The notes: generated from the sequence alone by a model not told the origin. Positions 1 through 12,681 are shown, numbered from the whole stretch's first letter. The stretch: DNA of 63,387 nucleotides, filler included, from Craspedostauros australis (GCA_030167865.1; 12 parts of 12 records of this genome joined end to end with filler, not necessarily neighbours in it), one strand, 5' to 3'. Program-made: numbers and translations.

Positions 1-297
1 GGTCTGATCCTGCAGTACTACCTGCGCCACGTGATGAAGGATCACACCAATCAGGAGAACGTGTTCCTGAGCGGCATGAAGAACCGTGTCGGATTTGTGC
101 GTCCCACAGCATTGACCGATGGCAAGCCGACCGGACACATGAAGACCTTCGGCGACAAGGACAAGCCACCGTCCATCCAGACCGATCGTGCCGATTTGGC
201 CGATTGGGTGACCGCCAACGTCGTGTTCGGAGCCGATTCCAACAAGGTGAATGCCTTTGGTTCCAACGCCTTCAACGTCACATGCGTCAAGAAGTGA
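1..297 (+). CDS. 3' fragment (redundant assembly copy) of the NAD(P)-binding oxidoreductase found complete at 11045-11818
   Basis: Translation ...MKDHTNQE...NAFNVTCVKK* is identical to the C-terminus of ORF 11045-12055(-). Confidence 0.85.
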   Translation, partial: GLILQYYLRHVMKDHTNQENVFLSGMKNRVGFVRPTALTDGKPTGHMKTFGDKDKPPSIQTDRADLADWVTANVVFGADSNKVNAFGSNAFNVTCVKK

Positions 298-1058
298 GAA
301 CGCAGAATGAGACCTTGATTCGTGATGTGTCTCTGGTGTGAGAATTCGCCCCAGTTTGACAGGAAGCAACGTGAGCGGCAACTGCGACGACAGCATGAAA
401 CTCGCACGAGCCCTGTCGGATAGAGAGGTGGAACCACAGAACAACAACAAATCAACGACTTCCAGATCATATAGAATATATTCTAATACGTACCAGTACC
501 ATGCGTCGAAGATATCAGTTTGGTGGAAACAGCCAGAGTACTCAGTTCCAAAACATACACAGTCCAGAAGAAGCCACTCCACTTGTGGCGAGAGCAGTCA
601 ATTACATCTACTCGTCCTACCAGTATTACCCTCATGCCATGGTGGTTGCAACAGGTGCAATGCTGCTGCACTCTTTCGCCGCATCGCGTGTCATTCTCTC
701 TTTCTCCTTTGCGGCCTCCGATGGTCTTCACTCCGGAGATTGATTTGTGTGTTGCGCTCCTTGTTGTTGATGCTCTCTTGGTTGTGCTTGTCGTGATGTT
801 TGTGACTTCGTTTTGGATCATTTTTGCCGTTTCGTGACACCATGTCTTCGCCAGAAATATGACATCTCTTTATCACTATTAGGTGTTTGTGCTTTTTGCT
901 TTTGCTTCTGGTGTCACGCCATGTGTTCTCTGGAGGAACAATTGGGCTGTCGACGTCACCATCATCTGGCCGCCAATAGGATGAAGCAGATGGCAAGGAA
1001 GCGAAAGAATCGGATCGAGAGGAAAGGAAGAGATGTCAGGGATGGTCCAATCAGATGC
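1..1058. repeat. Inverted duplicate of 10284-11341 (contig overlap)
   Basis: Position p pairs with 11342-p. ORF translations are identical in both copies, and the second copy starts exactly at a contig edge. Confidence 0.95.
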
Positions 1059-1472
1059 GAGGGTGGCGATGGCGAAGCCTGAGATGCGATTGCGTGCGCC
1101 GATTACGTCAACAAATTGCCGGATGGAGAAAGAAAGCAATTCCTGTGCCGCGGCCGGACACAAAGAAGTTTTGGCTCTGTTCTCTCTCTTTTCTTGTGTG
1201 TGAATTGACACCACCCCTGCGAGCCTCCTGTCGGGCCGCAGACCGCTGTGTGGTGACAAATGCAAATGCAAGAGAGACAGAGAGACTCTCGACCACAAAA
1301 GAGGCAACACACGTCAACGAGCCACCAACGCTGTACCATCCACATCACAACCAATCATCACATTTGTTTGAGCCGCAACAACTTGACAGCAAACGTTCCG
1401 AACGGATACTTTACAGAATCGAAATCACAATCGTAATCGCGATCCCACACTGTACACAACACGAACGACAAG

Positions 1473-2534
1473 ATGAGCACCGTCCAACATCTCTTCCTGC
1501 TGGTGATCTTCCTCTTCACTGCCCTCCGATCTGTGGAGGTCGCAGCCTTCGCCACTCCCAAGACCACCCGAACGCACAGCACCGCCATCTTCTCTCCATC
1601 GCCCCAGGAAGTCTCGTCGTCTCCATCGCTGCAGCCGCTCGCTCCGGATTCATGGACTTTTGATCCGGCTCTGTCTTCCCGCACGCGCAGCAGCAGAGTT
1701 TACAGTTCCGGATTGGCTGCTTCAGACAATGGCGCCGCTCCTGATGGCAGCGAGACCGACGACGACGTTGACCCCGAAGAACCGGAATCCATGACCGTGG
1801 CGAAAGCAATTCGGGTCAAGCTGCGCAAGATGACGGGATTTTCGTTCACCGCCATCCGCGTATCATTGCGCCAAATCACAGGCTTCTCGTTCACAGCTGT
1901 TCGTACAGCGCTGCGGGCTGCAACAGGCATTTCCTTGACAGCAATCTGGTTGTCAACAACTGCCGCAACCGGACTTTGGATTCGCAAGTCGATGGCAGTT
2001 GTTCTATCGCTGTTCCCGGCATGGGTGAGTCCTCGTGGCGATGCCATATTCTTCATCGCAAAGATGGTGGCGGCGCGTGGAGAGACATGATCACACTGGT
2101 TGTCGTTGCTCATGCCGTTGCTGCTGCTACTGCTGCTGCTACATTTTCGTAGGCATGCTTGTCTCATCGGCTGTGTGCTGCGATTTGCTCATCCCTTCAC
2201 TCTCATCACCAACCTCACAAAATCGTTACTTTCTTCTTCCAACCTCATTTTCCAACGAACCGTCCAACCAACCAACTATTCTATTATACCTTGTGCCGTC
2301 ACATTTTCCTCCATTCCATCATCATCGGTCCCTCTCCCGCAGTTCCGGTACTTCCTGCAACCGTTCCTGGTGCTGTACTACGCCCCGTTGGTGTTCTTGC
2401 GATCCATCACATCCCCAGCAGCACGCAGCAGGGACACCTACTGGTCCGACGTGCAGTCCGAAACTGAGAAAGCAGAGCAGAGACTCTACGAAGAGGCCAA
2501 AGAAGCGGAATCATCCGACGACAAGTCGGACTAG
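1473..2534 (+). CDS. Plastid-targeted membrane protein of unknown function, 2 exons (1473-2024, 2343-2534), ~247 aa
   Basis: Signal peptide ends VEVAA|FATP (ASAFAP-type) and is followed by a Ser/Thr-rich transit peptide. GTGAGT donor at 2025 and CCCGCAG acceptor at 2342 join in frame to give FPAW|FRYFLQPFLVLYYAPL. Confidence 0.8.
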
Positions 2535-3296
2535 TTGTCGTTGCTCGTCGAATATGGCAAATCTAAGCATCTGGATGCACGCTTTGATGAACGAATCATC
2601 CTTCAAACTCAGGCGTATTGGACCAAAGCACCACCTTGAGCAGGTTTTGCCAGCAAGCACGTTGCATTGCCCCTGCGCCATGTGCCAAACGGGAGGCATC
2701 GTCGGAGGCCTTGCGCATCGGGATGCCACGAATCTCCGCGACGATCTGTCTTGTTCGGATTGCATTTGATCCCATCAGACAGTAGCATGGAACATCAGGA
2801 TGAACCGTAAACAACATTGTACTCGAGAATTGGCGAACGAAGCGATGGCCCATCCAAAACTGGAAGCCCAACATGAACCACGAGCACCGTACTAATCCGT
2901 CGTGCTTTCCAGTTTCGACGAAAAGCGTGATCCATCGCAACCCAGTCGCAAAGCGCCAACACCAACAACGTAAATACACATACTTTGATCATAAAGCACA
3001 ACTACACATGGACGATCGTGCGTCGTTGTTCGTGGATGTGAGAGGACAACGAACATCAGCTCTCCCGTCATCCTGAATCCTGGCAAAGTACGCACGAGTG
3101 CTCAACTCTACATACTAATTTACCTTTCATGAACACGAATGATACGATAATGCCTTGGTCATCCTCCTCATCACCCAGCGACTGAAGGCGAAGCAAACCG
3201 AAACCCGATGCTCTCCGGAATGGGAGGGAATGAGAGCGCGGGTATTTTGCCCGCCGCCATTTGATGTGCAATTCGTCGACCACCCCGCAGGAGACC

Positions 3297-4010
3297 CTAT
3301 GAGTCACTAGTGATGCTGGTCTTCCTGTTGGCGACGATGGATAGGTAGATGGTCCAGACCACCGAACAGAGGTTGATGAAGAGCGGGATCCATTTGATTG
3401 GCAGAATGGAGAAGCTGATGAATTCCATGAGCGGCCAGAAGCTCATGCCTGCCAACCATGCTTCAGGGAGATCCAACCGGATCTTGGACCACCAGGAGCG
3501 CAAGGTGAAGTCGTCGTATTGCAACAGACCGGCGGCGAAGAAGACGCACGTGAAGGAAGGATCGAATATGACCTGTCCCCAGAACGCCTTCGCGAGCGCA
3601 GACCCCAACGATGTGCCAGGCAGGAGCCGAAAGATGATCCCGTACCAGTAGTGCGCGGCGGGGCCAAAGTATACCAGGTCCACGAGGCCGGATGAGACCA
3701 GTCTCGCCCAATCCAGTTTGGTGTCCCTGGACTTGCGCTCGATTCGTTGAGCCAGAAAGTCTGAGAAGGCAAAAATGACACCTGCCGTCACGCTCTTGGT
3801 AAAGATGGGGCGTGCTTCCAGACTCGACGAATAGATACGGCCGAAGGATGCGAATGGGACCAGCAGCGCTGCTCCCAGCGTGTTGCCACCTGCCGAAGGT
3901 GGATCTGTGTTGATGATTTCCTTCTCGTCCGCCTCAGTGGCCGAGAGATTCTTGTTCTCTGCTTTCTGCCCGCTGAAGTGGTTGGCGCCTCCACGAAAAA
4001 AACTCTTCAT
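3297..4010 (-). CDS. Mpv17/PMP22 family membrane protein (possibly frameshifted or degenerate; presequence ORF at 4007-4186)
   Basis: Family motifs RPIFTKSVTAG..SDFLAQ, FGPAAHYWY and FWP...ISF..LP.KWIPLFIN...VWTIYLS. Confidence 0.85.
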   Translation of the reverse strand: MKSFFRGGANHFSGQKAENKNLSATEADEKEIINTDPPSAGGNTLGAALLVPFASFGRIYSSSLEARPIFTKSVTAGVIFAFSDFLAQRIERKSRDTKLDWARLVSSGLVDLVYFGPAAHYWYGIIFRLLPGTSLGSALAKAFWGQVIFDPSFTCVFFAAGLLQYDDFTLRSWWSKIRLDLPEAWLAGMSFWPLMEFISFSILPIKWIPLFINLCSVVWTIYLSIVANRKTSITSDS

Positions 4011-5520
4011 GGTGCATTGGCTGCGGATGTTGTTTGGGCGGTGAATGCCGACAGGACTCTGCGACTCGAGGCCGCAGCTGTGGGATGCAGTTCAGCAGGT
4101 GCGGCGAACGCCGTCGTTCCAGCAACAATAGTTGCTGCCATGCACAGCTCAAGAATGAGCACGAGAAAGTTATGATGATGATGCATTATCGCACAGTCGT
4201 AATGGGAGTGGCAATAATGTTGGGGAGGTTGTCGCTGTTCGTTGTGTGAGAGTGATCAAATAGTGTCGACATTGACTTTGGCGTCGATGTTGTTGTTGTT
4301 TTTTGTGGGCGGTTTCTGCTTCTTCGGAATTCGCGGATTTGTGGATACGTGCGTACACATGTGTGAGCATGGATGGCAGAGCCACCAAACCAATCATGCC
4401 GCCAGTGAAGAGGAATCCGCCAGAAACTGGACGGTTTCATTGCAAGGTTGTGCAACCTTTTCAACCGCGGACAATTCTCCAGCTTCGAGCAACAACGTGG
4501 CCACATCCTTGGATGCTTGACTTCAGCTATGATGTTCTGCGTTGGTGTCAGAGGCAGACGCCATATCCATGCTTGTGCAGATATCTCCGTTGGCATGAAA
4601 GTCATCGAGTGCTGGTGTGCGGACCGGCATTCAACCAGGTCCGAACCAATGCCATCATCTTGGGATGGTCAAGCTGCGATGTGGAAGGCGGCTGCGTCAC
4701 CCCATGCCATGCGGTAGCAGTGGGAGAGTTCATGGCTTCTCGAGTGCCCGACCCCGGCCACTCTTCCTCATCCATGAGGTGTGTGTCTGTTTCCTGGTTT
4801 GGTCTTGGTTTGTGGTTTGTTTCGAAAGAATTCGTCTTGTCTCGTTTTTGTCGCCAGAAAGAGGTATCTTTGGTGTCGTTGGCTCAAACGTCGCTTCCAC
4901 GTGGAGAGACGCGATTTGTGAACGGCAGAAGACTCGTACGACACTTGGCATTTTCTCTTTCTCTTCTTCGTCGTTCGCGAAAACGCGAAAACAGGAACAC
5001 CTCCACCCACCAAGAACAGAACAACAACAGGGACTGCGCGTCCAACGAAAGAGAACGCATCGGTGGAAGTAGCAGTAATGCCAACAGCACCAGCTTCGAC
5101 CCTCTCTGTCTCCCTCTCTCTCCATTCTGCTCCGCAAGCATTGTACGATCATCGCCTCTGCATCTCTCCACCAATACTCCTTCGCAAGTGTCACGTGCGC
5201 ACAATAAGGACGGCGGCGGCAGTTGAAGGGGTCAGAAACAGAGCGGACATAGTCTACGCCCGCTGATTGGCTTCTATCGTGGAGAACTCGTCGAGCTGCT
5301 CGGCGTCTTCTTGGTCCAACATCCAATCAGTGCCATCGACGCTGCCATCGTCTTGGCGCGCATTCCTCGCGATCTCGGCCTTGCTCTCCGTTTTGTGTGA
5401 CCGTTGTCGGTCGTCCGGCCACAGCGACCCCTCATCAACAAGCGCCAATCGCCCACAGTGTCAGAGACGGAATCAACATGAAGCACGTCGCCGATCGTCG
5501 GGGCATGTCGTCATCTTCAC

Positions 5521-8500
5521 TAATAATAACGCACTGATTATCCCCTCATACGAGGGTCGCCTCGAAAGCTTTAACGTCGCCGGCATACAGCGAGCCCATA
5601 CGGGCCGACTGCGCTCGAACGACTCACCTAGATCTCCCACTCCTTGGTCTACTGCGGGCGTGTCACTTCCCACAGGCCACAAAACATACCGCACTGGGCA
5701 TCCGATCGCCGTCGAATTGCACTTCACTTGATTTTTCTGTTGTTGCGGAACTTAAGAGCACCGCGGACGGACGCGCCTTCGCTGCCTTGTCCTTGCCGCA
5801 CTTGCTCCTCGCTTCCGACTTCGTCCTACCTGCCGATGTGGACTTCGCCGCAACCCTGCCTGCCGGGCCGCCTGCACATGGCGAACCCATAGCACTTGGT
5901 TGCTCACCGACTGCTGTCGCACCGCCACTTCCGTGGTAGCTGACATCAGCCGCACATCATCCCCTTGTAGTCCTGCAGTTCCTTTCTGCCACTCGTTCCT
6001 AACAGCCGCCGCTGCATTTCTAGCGGCAACCGTCACTGCCTTCACTTCCTCGCTCTCATGCAGCACCTTATTGCGTGCTGTCCACGCTGCCCATCGCACC
6101 TCCCACAGGCCCACCATCGCCCTTGCCACCCAATTGGTTGGTGTGCCTGGGTGCTCATGAACTTCCATCGTGCGTCCTTGCACGTCGCGCCATAACTCAG
6201 ACCATCTTCCTCGCACCATCATGCCCCATCCAAGGCGAGCTTGCTCCTGTACGGCCTTTGTCAGTAGCACCCCGCCTTCGATAGCGACCTCACGCCCATT
6301 ACACCACGCTCTTACTTGTCTCACCATCTCTCGGACCATATATGGATCCCCTCTGGCCGCCATCATCGTCGTCTCCCACTCCTTGATCGCCACGTCCCGT
6401 ACCGTCGTGGCGGCAGGGTGTTGGCATTGCATCACATGGTCTGTTGTTTCTTCTTCGCTGTTGCAGACTGGACATAAATCGCCGGCCCAAAACTTCCACT
6501 TGCGCATGTTCCGACCCACTGGCCCAAAACTGCACGCATGCTTAGCCACCCACTTCCGTCGTGACGGGTTGATGCCGCGCATAGCAACCTTCGCTGATGC
6601 AATGTCCACCCTTGCTGGCTGGCCGTCCTGGATCCGGCCTGTTCTCCGTTGCCACCGCACCGTCCTTTGGCCTTGGACATAGTCACGCACCTCCTCGGAG
6701 ATATCGGTGCACACCTTCCTTGCTCCTAGCCACACTGACCATTCCTTTGGATCCCATTCCACATCTCGGAACTCCGTGTCCTCCGAGTGCGCTTCGCCTG
6801 CATACTTGTCCACGTCATCATTCCAATAGGTGAACTCGTCCTTCTTCACTCCTCGCTCTCTTTCGAGCTGATGCCCGTACACATGCTGATACTGTAGTCG
6901 CACGGGGAGCCGCCGTTGTATGCTCCGTATCTCTCGTAAGATGTCAAAGTGGCGAACCGACGTTCCCACATCTTGCGTGTACTGCACCGCTTGAATGCCT
7001 GCCATCTTGTTGTCGCATGCCACGATTATGGTGACCCCTGACCAGTCCTGCTGCTCTGGGTATTTTCGTATCACTTCTTCCACTCGTCGCAACGCGTGCA
7101 TAATACCACCGAGCTCGGCACGATACGCACTTTGGACTTCCTGCCGCCCTTGCACTGCCATCGCCGCTGACACCAAGCTTTTCCGTTGGCCCCGCACGTT
7201 GAGCGCATACGCCGCCGTACTTCGCCCGTTCTTGAACGACCCGTCTGTGCTTACCACCGCTGCCCCTTGTGCCGCGGCCTCAGCCCACGTCTTCTCCGCT
7301 GGCCGAAGTTTAGGACTGCCCTTTGCCCGTCGCCGTCGTGCTCGACTCCCTACTCCTGCCACGCAAAGAGTCCCTCTTCTCGCCCTCACGTACACTGCCA
7401 ACCAATCGTCTGGCGGATCCTGTGTTGTTTCGCTTGCGCGTTCGTATCTCTCCATGCCCGGCACTGCTCCTGGCCGCGCGTTCCATCGTCTCCACTCCGT
7501 CTGGCCCTCCCTCGTCCACATCTCTTTCCTATCCTCGCTGCGAATCGCACTGACTTGGTCTTGCCACCATTCCTCGGCTGGCACTGAAACAGCCGCCACT
7601 TTCCTGGTAGCTTGCTTCCACAGTGTCCAGTCCTGTCTTGGTAGCTGCCCTTGTCGCGGCCACAGGACTCCGCACCGTCCTCTCCACTGACCTGATGTGC
7701 TCCGCCATTGGCTGCCAACAACCCGCTGTCTCCGTGTGTCGATCACATCCGCCACGCTGACTGCCTTCATGACAATGCGGCACCGGTTGAGCCTGACTTG
7801 CTGCGCTTTGCTGTATCCGATGCGGGCAAATGCCTTCATGAGCCATTCGTCTTTATCGTGCAGCAGTCCTGCCGTGTTCGTTTTCTCTCGCAGTTGGATA
7901 TTGCATTCGTGCACCTCCTTCCACACCGTCTTGACCCAGCTTTCGGTTGCCAAGAATCCCCATTGGCCAAAATCGATCTCGAACATCGACGACCCTGTTC
8001 CGACTTCCAGCTTCATGGCTTGTATGCACCCCCGAAGGAGCTTGCCAGTCATAGTCGCTCGTTGTCCATGCTCCATGACCATTCTGACGTGCTCCACTAT
8101 TTGGGTCGTGTGCAGCTCGTGCAAGTTTGCCCCCAGCCACTCATGCGATGCGTAGGCCATTTCTCGCGGAAACCCTTTGTTGAATCCGATCTTCGACATC
8201 ATGGTTTTCCATACTGGTCTCATCACCTTGTGGCATTGGTCTCGCGACAGTTGTGCCACCGGTAGCACATACTCCAACTTCTTCATGAGTACTGTCCGTA
8301 TCGCTGTCTCCGCATCTTCCTTGCGCATGCGCCACGTTCTCACTTGATCAACCCACTTTGCAGCCTTACTCCTCAGAGCTTCTTCGATGGCTGACCCGTT
8401 TCCGTCCGGTGCCAGCCTGACTCCTAGTGTCTCGAACGCCTGTCCCACTCCACTTCTTGGCATGGGCTGTGGCATTCCTGTTGTCCCTCGCATCATTAAC

Positions 8501-10183
8501 TGTGCTGGTGTCTCGGCGTCGTTCGTGTACCTCCATGTCCCGTCCTCTTCCCATTTGAACCCGATCGCCCACCACATGCACTTTTCTACCACTAGTGCTC
8601 CACCCGTTGCTCTCGCCAGACTCTCCCATGATTTCACGCTCTGTTGCATTCTCTGGATGACTTCTTGTATATCCTCACCTTCGCGTGCGTTGACTACCAA
8701 GTCTGTGTCATCCACAAATGCGTAACCCACCATTTGGATGTCCTCTCTGTCCACTGCTGTCTCGATCCGCGCTGTATGTCCTTCCGCTTTCATGATTTCC
8801 AGTATTGGCGATGAGATCACCGCCCATATCACTGGCCCTGCTCCATTCCCTTGGTAAATACCTTGCATTGGTACCACCCATTTGCTTCCACCGTACGTAT
8901 CATTGGATTCCCCGTACGCTGTGCGAATGTGGTGCTCAAGTTGCTGGAGTGTGCTGAACATGCATACCACCTCCGATTGTGCTATTCCTTGTCGTTGTAG
9001 TCCGATTGACGCAACCGAATGTACTATGCGATCATAGCAACTCTTGAGATCGTTGGTGCACACCACCATGGGTGTTCTTGTCTGGCGTGCCCAATCCATC
9101 GTGAGCTGTTTGTTCAGCGCATGGTCAATCGCCCGGTGCCTTTTGCGGCTGCCGTATTGCTCTTCTGCGAACCCGGTTTGCTGTTCTGCTTGTTTCGCCG
9201 CTTTCCTTCCGATAGCCTTGTTGGCGAAATTGAAGTCCGCTTCAAATAGCACAATGGTCCTGAGCTTGTCGACTCGAAAGCTGTTCGCCTTCTTCATCAG
9301 CTCCACATCCGTGCCTTTCCGCCATCGCCGATACGAATACCCGCTTTTCATGGCTATCGACGTCATGCTTGCTTCAAATTCCGAATTCTTTTGGTGTGCT
9401 GCGATTGCTTTGAAATGTCCGAAATGTAATCCCGACGGTCCTGCTGATGTATCTTCCTTTGCTTTCCTCCATCCGTCTCTGAATTCTTCCGTTGTCATCC
9501 CTGCCGGTATTTGCTTTCTCGCTACCGACGACAGCCCTTGCAGTAGCTTCCTAGCACCTTCATCTACCCATGGTTTCGGATCGTACTGGCCCAATAGCGT
9601 TTTCTCAGCTGCTTCCGTCACTCCCAGGTATCCGAACTCTCTGGCCAATTCCCCATGCATGAATGGTGTTTCTTCCGTCTGTCTGAACCGCCTTTTGTTC
9701 TCTTCCATGCATCCTTTTTCGATATCCTCTTTCCCCGTTCTCTCCACCCAGTTGCCGTTGCCGTCAGGTGCCACCACCATTGAGATCCCTGCTGTCGCCT
9801 GTTCTCCTGTTGCCATGCGTATGCGCCGATACGTGGCCCTGACCCTTTCTTTCCGTCGTAGTTGGTACAGTTGCTGCGCTGTCGCCTCTCCCTTCCCGAT
9901 TGCCATCTTCTTGCTTTGCGTTGATCTGTCTTGTCTCTCCTTCTCCCCTCTCGCTGCCGCCAATCCGTCAAGCCAATTTTCTCTTGCCTTGGTTGCCCTC
10001 GCCCGAAACTGTTTGAGGTTACCGTATGCTTTCTCTTGCTCTTGTTGCACTTCTTCGTCACTCTTCCTCATAAGCTCTTTCACTCGTCTGTCTTCGTTCG
10101 CTCTCTTGGCCAATCGCACGATCGTAGTTGACGACACCTTCATCCCTCGTCGCTTCCGTGCAATGTTATTCCATAGCCCTATC
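5521..10183 (-). mobile_element. Non-LTR retrotransposon (LINE), Ambal-like (RT + RNase H + Zn knuckle), 5' end lost at contig edge
   Basis: Long RT-RNase H ORF. The ~230-nt 3' UTR ends in a stem-loop and a (TTA)3 tail at 5521-5529. Clade assignment is from motif resemblance only. Confidence 0.85.
5752..10183 (-). CDS. LINE polyprotein: reverse transcriptase, RNase H, CCHC-like finger
   Basis: RT motifs NDLKSCYDRI, QGIYQGNGAGP, YAFVDDTD and FETLGV. RNase H motifs STDGS, SAYRAELGGI, ACDN, HVYGHQ and WNDDVD. Finger CPVCNSEEETTDHVMQC. Frame is open to the contig edge at 10183. Confidence 0.92.
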
Positions 10184-10283
10184 NNNNNNNNNNNNNNNNN
10201 NNNNNNNNNNNNNNNNNNNNNNNNNNNTTAATTAATTAANNNNNNNNNNNNNNNNNNNNNNNNNNNNNNNNNNNNNNNNNNNN
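10184..10283. other. Artificial contig spacer N44-TTAATTAATTAA-N44 (first of 11)
   Basis: The same 100-nt six-frame-stop linker occurs at 10184, 12569, 18174, 21709, 28091, 31738, 36203, 40279, 43682, 56098 and 60091. Confidence 0.97.
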
Positions 10284-11044
10284 GCATCTGATTGGACCAT
10301 CCCTGACATCTCTTCCTTTCCTCTCGATCCGATTCTTTCGCTTCCTTGCCATCTGCTTCATCCTATTGGCGGCCAGATGATGGTGACGTCGACAGCCCAA
10401 TTGTTCCTCCAGAGAACACATGGCGTGACACCAGAAGCAAAAGCAAAAAGCACAAACACCTAATAGTGATAAAGAGATGTCATATTTCTGGCGAAGACAT
10501 GGTGTCACGAAACGGCAAAAATGATCCAAAACGAAGTCACAAACATCACGACAAGCACAACCAAGAGAGCATCAACAACAAGGAGCGCAACACACAAATC
10601 AATCTCCGGAGTGAAGACCATCGGAGGCCGCAAAGGAGAAAGAGAGAATGACACGCGATGCGGCGAAAGAGTGCAGCAGCATTGCACCTGTTGCAACCAC
10701 CATGGCATGAGGGTAATACTGGTAGGACGAGTAGATGTAATTGACTGCTCTCGCCACAAGTGGAGTGGCTTCTTCTGGACTGTGTATGTTTTGGAACTGA
10801 GTACTCTGGCTGTTTCCACCAAACTGATATCTTCGACGCATGGTACTGGTACGTATTAGAATATATTCTATATGATCTGGAAGTCGTTGATTTGTTGTTG
10901 TTCTGTGGTTCCACCTCTCTATCCGACAGGGCTCGTGCGAGTTTCATGCTGTCGTCGCAGTTGCCGCTCACGTTGCTTCCTGTCAAACTGGGGCGAATTC
11001 TCACACCAGAGACACATCACGAATCAAGGTCTCATTCTGCGTTC

Positions 11045-11818
11045 TCACTTCTTGACGCATGTGACGTTGAAGGCGTTGGAACCAAAGGCATTCACCTTGT
11101 TGGAATCGGCTCCGAACACGACGTTGGCGGTCACCCAATCGGCCAAATCGGCACGATCGGTCTGGATGGACGGTGGCTTGTCCTTGTCGCCGAAGGTCTT
11201 CATGTGTCCGGTCGGCTTGCCATCGGTCAATGCTGTGGGACGCACAAATCCGACACGGTTCTTCATGCCGCTCAGGAACACGTTCTCCTGATTGGTGTGA
11301 TCCTTCATCACGTGGCGCAGGTAGTACTGCAGGATCAGACCAAGGCCGAAGCCTGCCTTGATCTTGGTGGGTCCTGCGCCGTTGCTGGAGACCACGAAGA
11401 CGCGGACGTGCTCGAATGCTGGATTGCTGGTGAGGGCCCGCACGAGCGCTTTGGCGTTGGCCTCGCGGATATCGGACTTGCTGACGTCGTCACCGTTACC
11501 GACGGCGACGAGGACGAGATCGGCATTGGAATCATGGATGGCGTACTCGAGGTCGGAGGCACGGCGAGCGTCACCCTTGTAGACATGTGCACATCGTGCC
11601 CTGGTGGCGGCATCGAGCTTGTCTGGGGCGCGGCAGAATGCTGAGATCTCGACGGAGGCACCGTTGGTGGCTTCGTGCTTGGACATGGAGTTGATGAGTT
11701 GGACTCCCATTCGTCCGGTGGCGCCGATCATCAGAACGCTGCTGATGGCCGCCGAAGCGTTGGCACCAGAGGTGGTTGCTGGAGCGAAGGTGGAAGCAAT
11801 GGTGGCTGAGACGGTCAT
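11045..11818 (-). CDS. NAD(P)H-binding Rossmann-fold oxidoreductase (flavin reductase/BLVRB-like, atypical SDR), ~257 aa
   Basis: VLMIGATGRMG dinucleotide motif, AFCRAPDKL, KGDAR, VVSSNG, VRPTALTDG and DRADLA. Likely ATG at 11818, after an AC-rich 5' UTR. Confidence 0.85.
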   Translation of the reverse strand: MTVSATIASTFAPATTSGANASAAISSVLMIGATGRMGVQLINSMSKHEATNGASVEISAFCRAPDKLDAATRARCAHVYKGDARRASDLEYAIHDSNADLVLVAVGNGDDVSKSDIREANAKALVRALTSNPAFEHVRVFVVSSNGAGPTKIKAGFGLGLILQYYLRHVMKDHTNQENVFLSGMKNRVGFVRPTALTDGKPTGHMKTFGDKDKPPSIQTDRADLADWVTANVVFGADSNKVNAFGSNAFNVTCVKK

Positions 11819-12681
11819 GTTGAATGCTGTTGAATGCTGTTGAATGCTGTTGGTTTGGGTGATGGTGGTGGTTTGTGAGTTGATGGGATGCTGAGCTTGT
11901 GCGTTAGTGAGGAGAGTACTAGTGTTTTGTTGTATAATGGTGTTGTATAATAGGTTGCGATGGAGTGCAGTGAGTGGATTGTATGTTTCTTTTGGTTGTT
12001 GGTTTGTTGATGGCTTGGAGTTTGAAATTGTGAGCACAGAATGTTGGACAGACAACTTCGAAGCACTGTCAGCACAGAATCAGCACTGTCGAAGGCGTCG
12101 GCGAAGATCGGTGTGACGGAGTGACCACGAAAGCAACCTCTGGAGTATCATAGAATAGTTCGTACTCGTATTAGTAGTCGTACCCGTATTAGTAGTCATA
12201 CCATTCGCCACTGTCGTCGAACCATGATGAAAGAGAGGAACGGTGAAAGAGTAGAACCGAGTGGAACCTGTTCTCATGACTTCTCAGATCCAAGAGAGAT
12301 TGGAAGCCGCGCGGCGACCATGTGTGCATGGCGCAAGAGTATCGTGAGAGCACATGTCAGAGCGCCGGAGCAAGGGACGACTGCTTGGATGGGAGGGAGA
12401 GGATGGAGCTTTGCGAGAGCGATTGGATCGACGAAGAAGTCGATCGCAGCAGAAGAATTCTCCGGATCACCCACTGCACCACTAATCACCACGAGTACTG
12501 AAACGGGTGTGATGGCGTGCGTAAGCCCTTGTGAGCACGAAGTAGCACGGTGCGTACTCGTGTGTGTGNNNNNNNNNNNNNNNNNNNNNNNNNNNNNNNN
12601 NNNNNNNNNNNNTTAATTAATTAANNNNNNNNNNNNNNNNNNNNNNNNNNNNNNNNNNNNNNNNNNNNCCACGTCGTATTC

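Noticed and set aside
5531..5572. CTGATTA-stem-CGAAA resembling a hammerhead ribozyme core
   Set aside because: The core deviates from CUGANGA, GAAA does not directly follow stem II, and no stems I/III were found.
9044..10231. Long antisense and alternative-frame ORFs (also 10760-11644, 14687-15529, 34839-35795, 39322-39996)
   Set aside because: Shadow ORFs of GC-rich or repetitive coding sequence on the opposite strand.
1..11341. 1058-bp inverted repeats bracketing the LINE, resembling giant TIRs of a composite transposon
   Set aside because: The copies appear identical, cut through a gene and start at a contig edge; best explained as an unmerged, flipped neighbouring contig.
11817..12202. 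Short tandem repeats upstream of the oxidoreductase ((TGTTGAATGC)x3 and an 18-bp CGTACTCGTATTAGTAGT duplication)
   Set aside because: Simple slippage-type repeats with no evidence of function.
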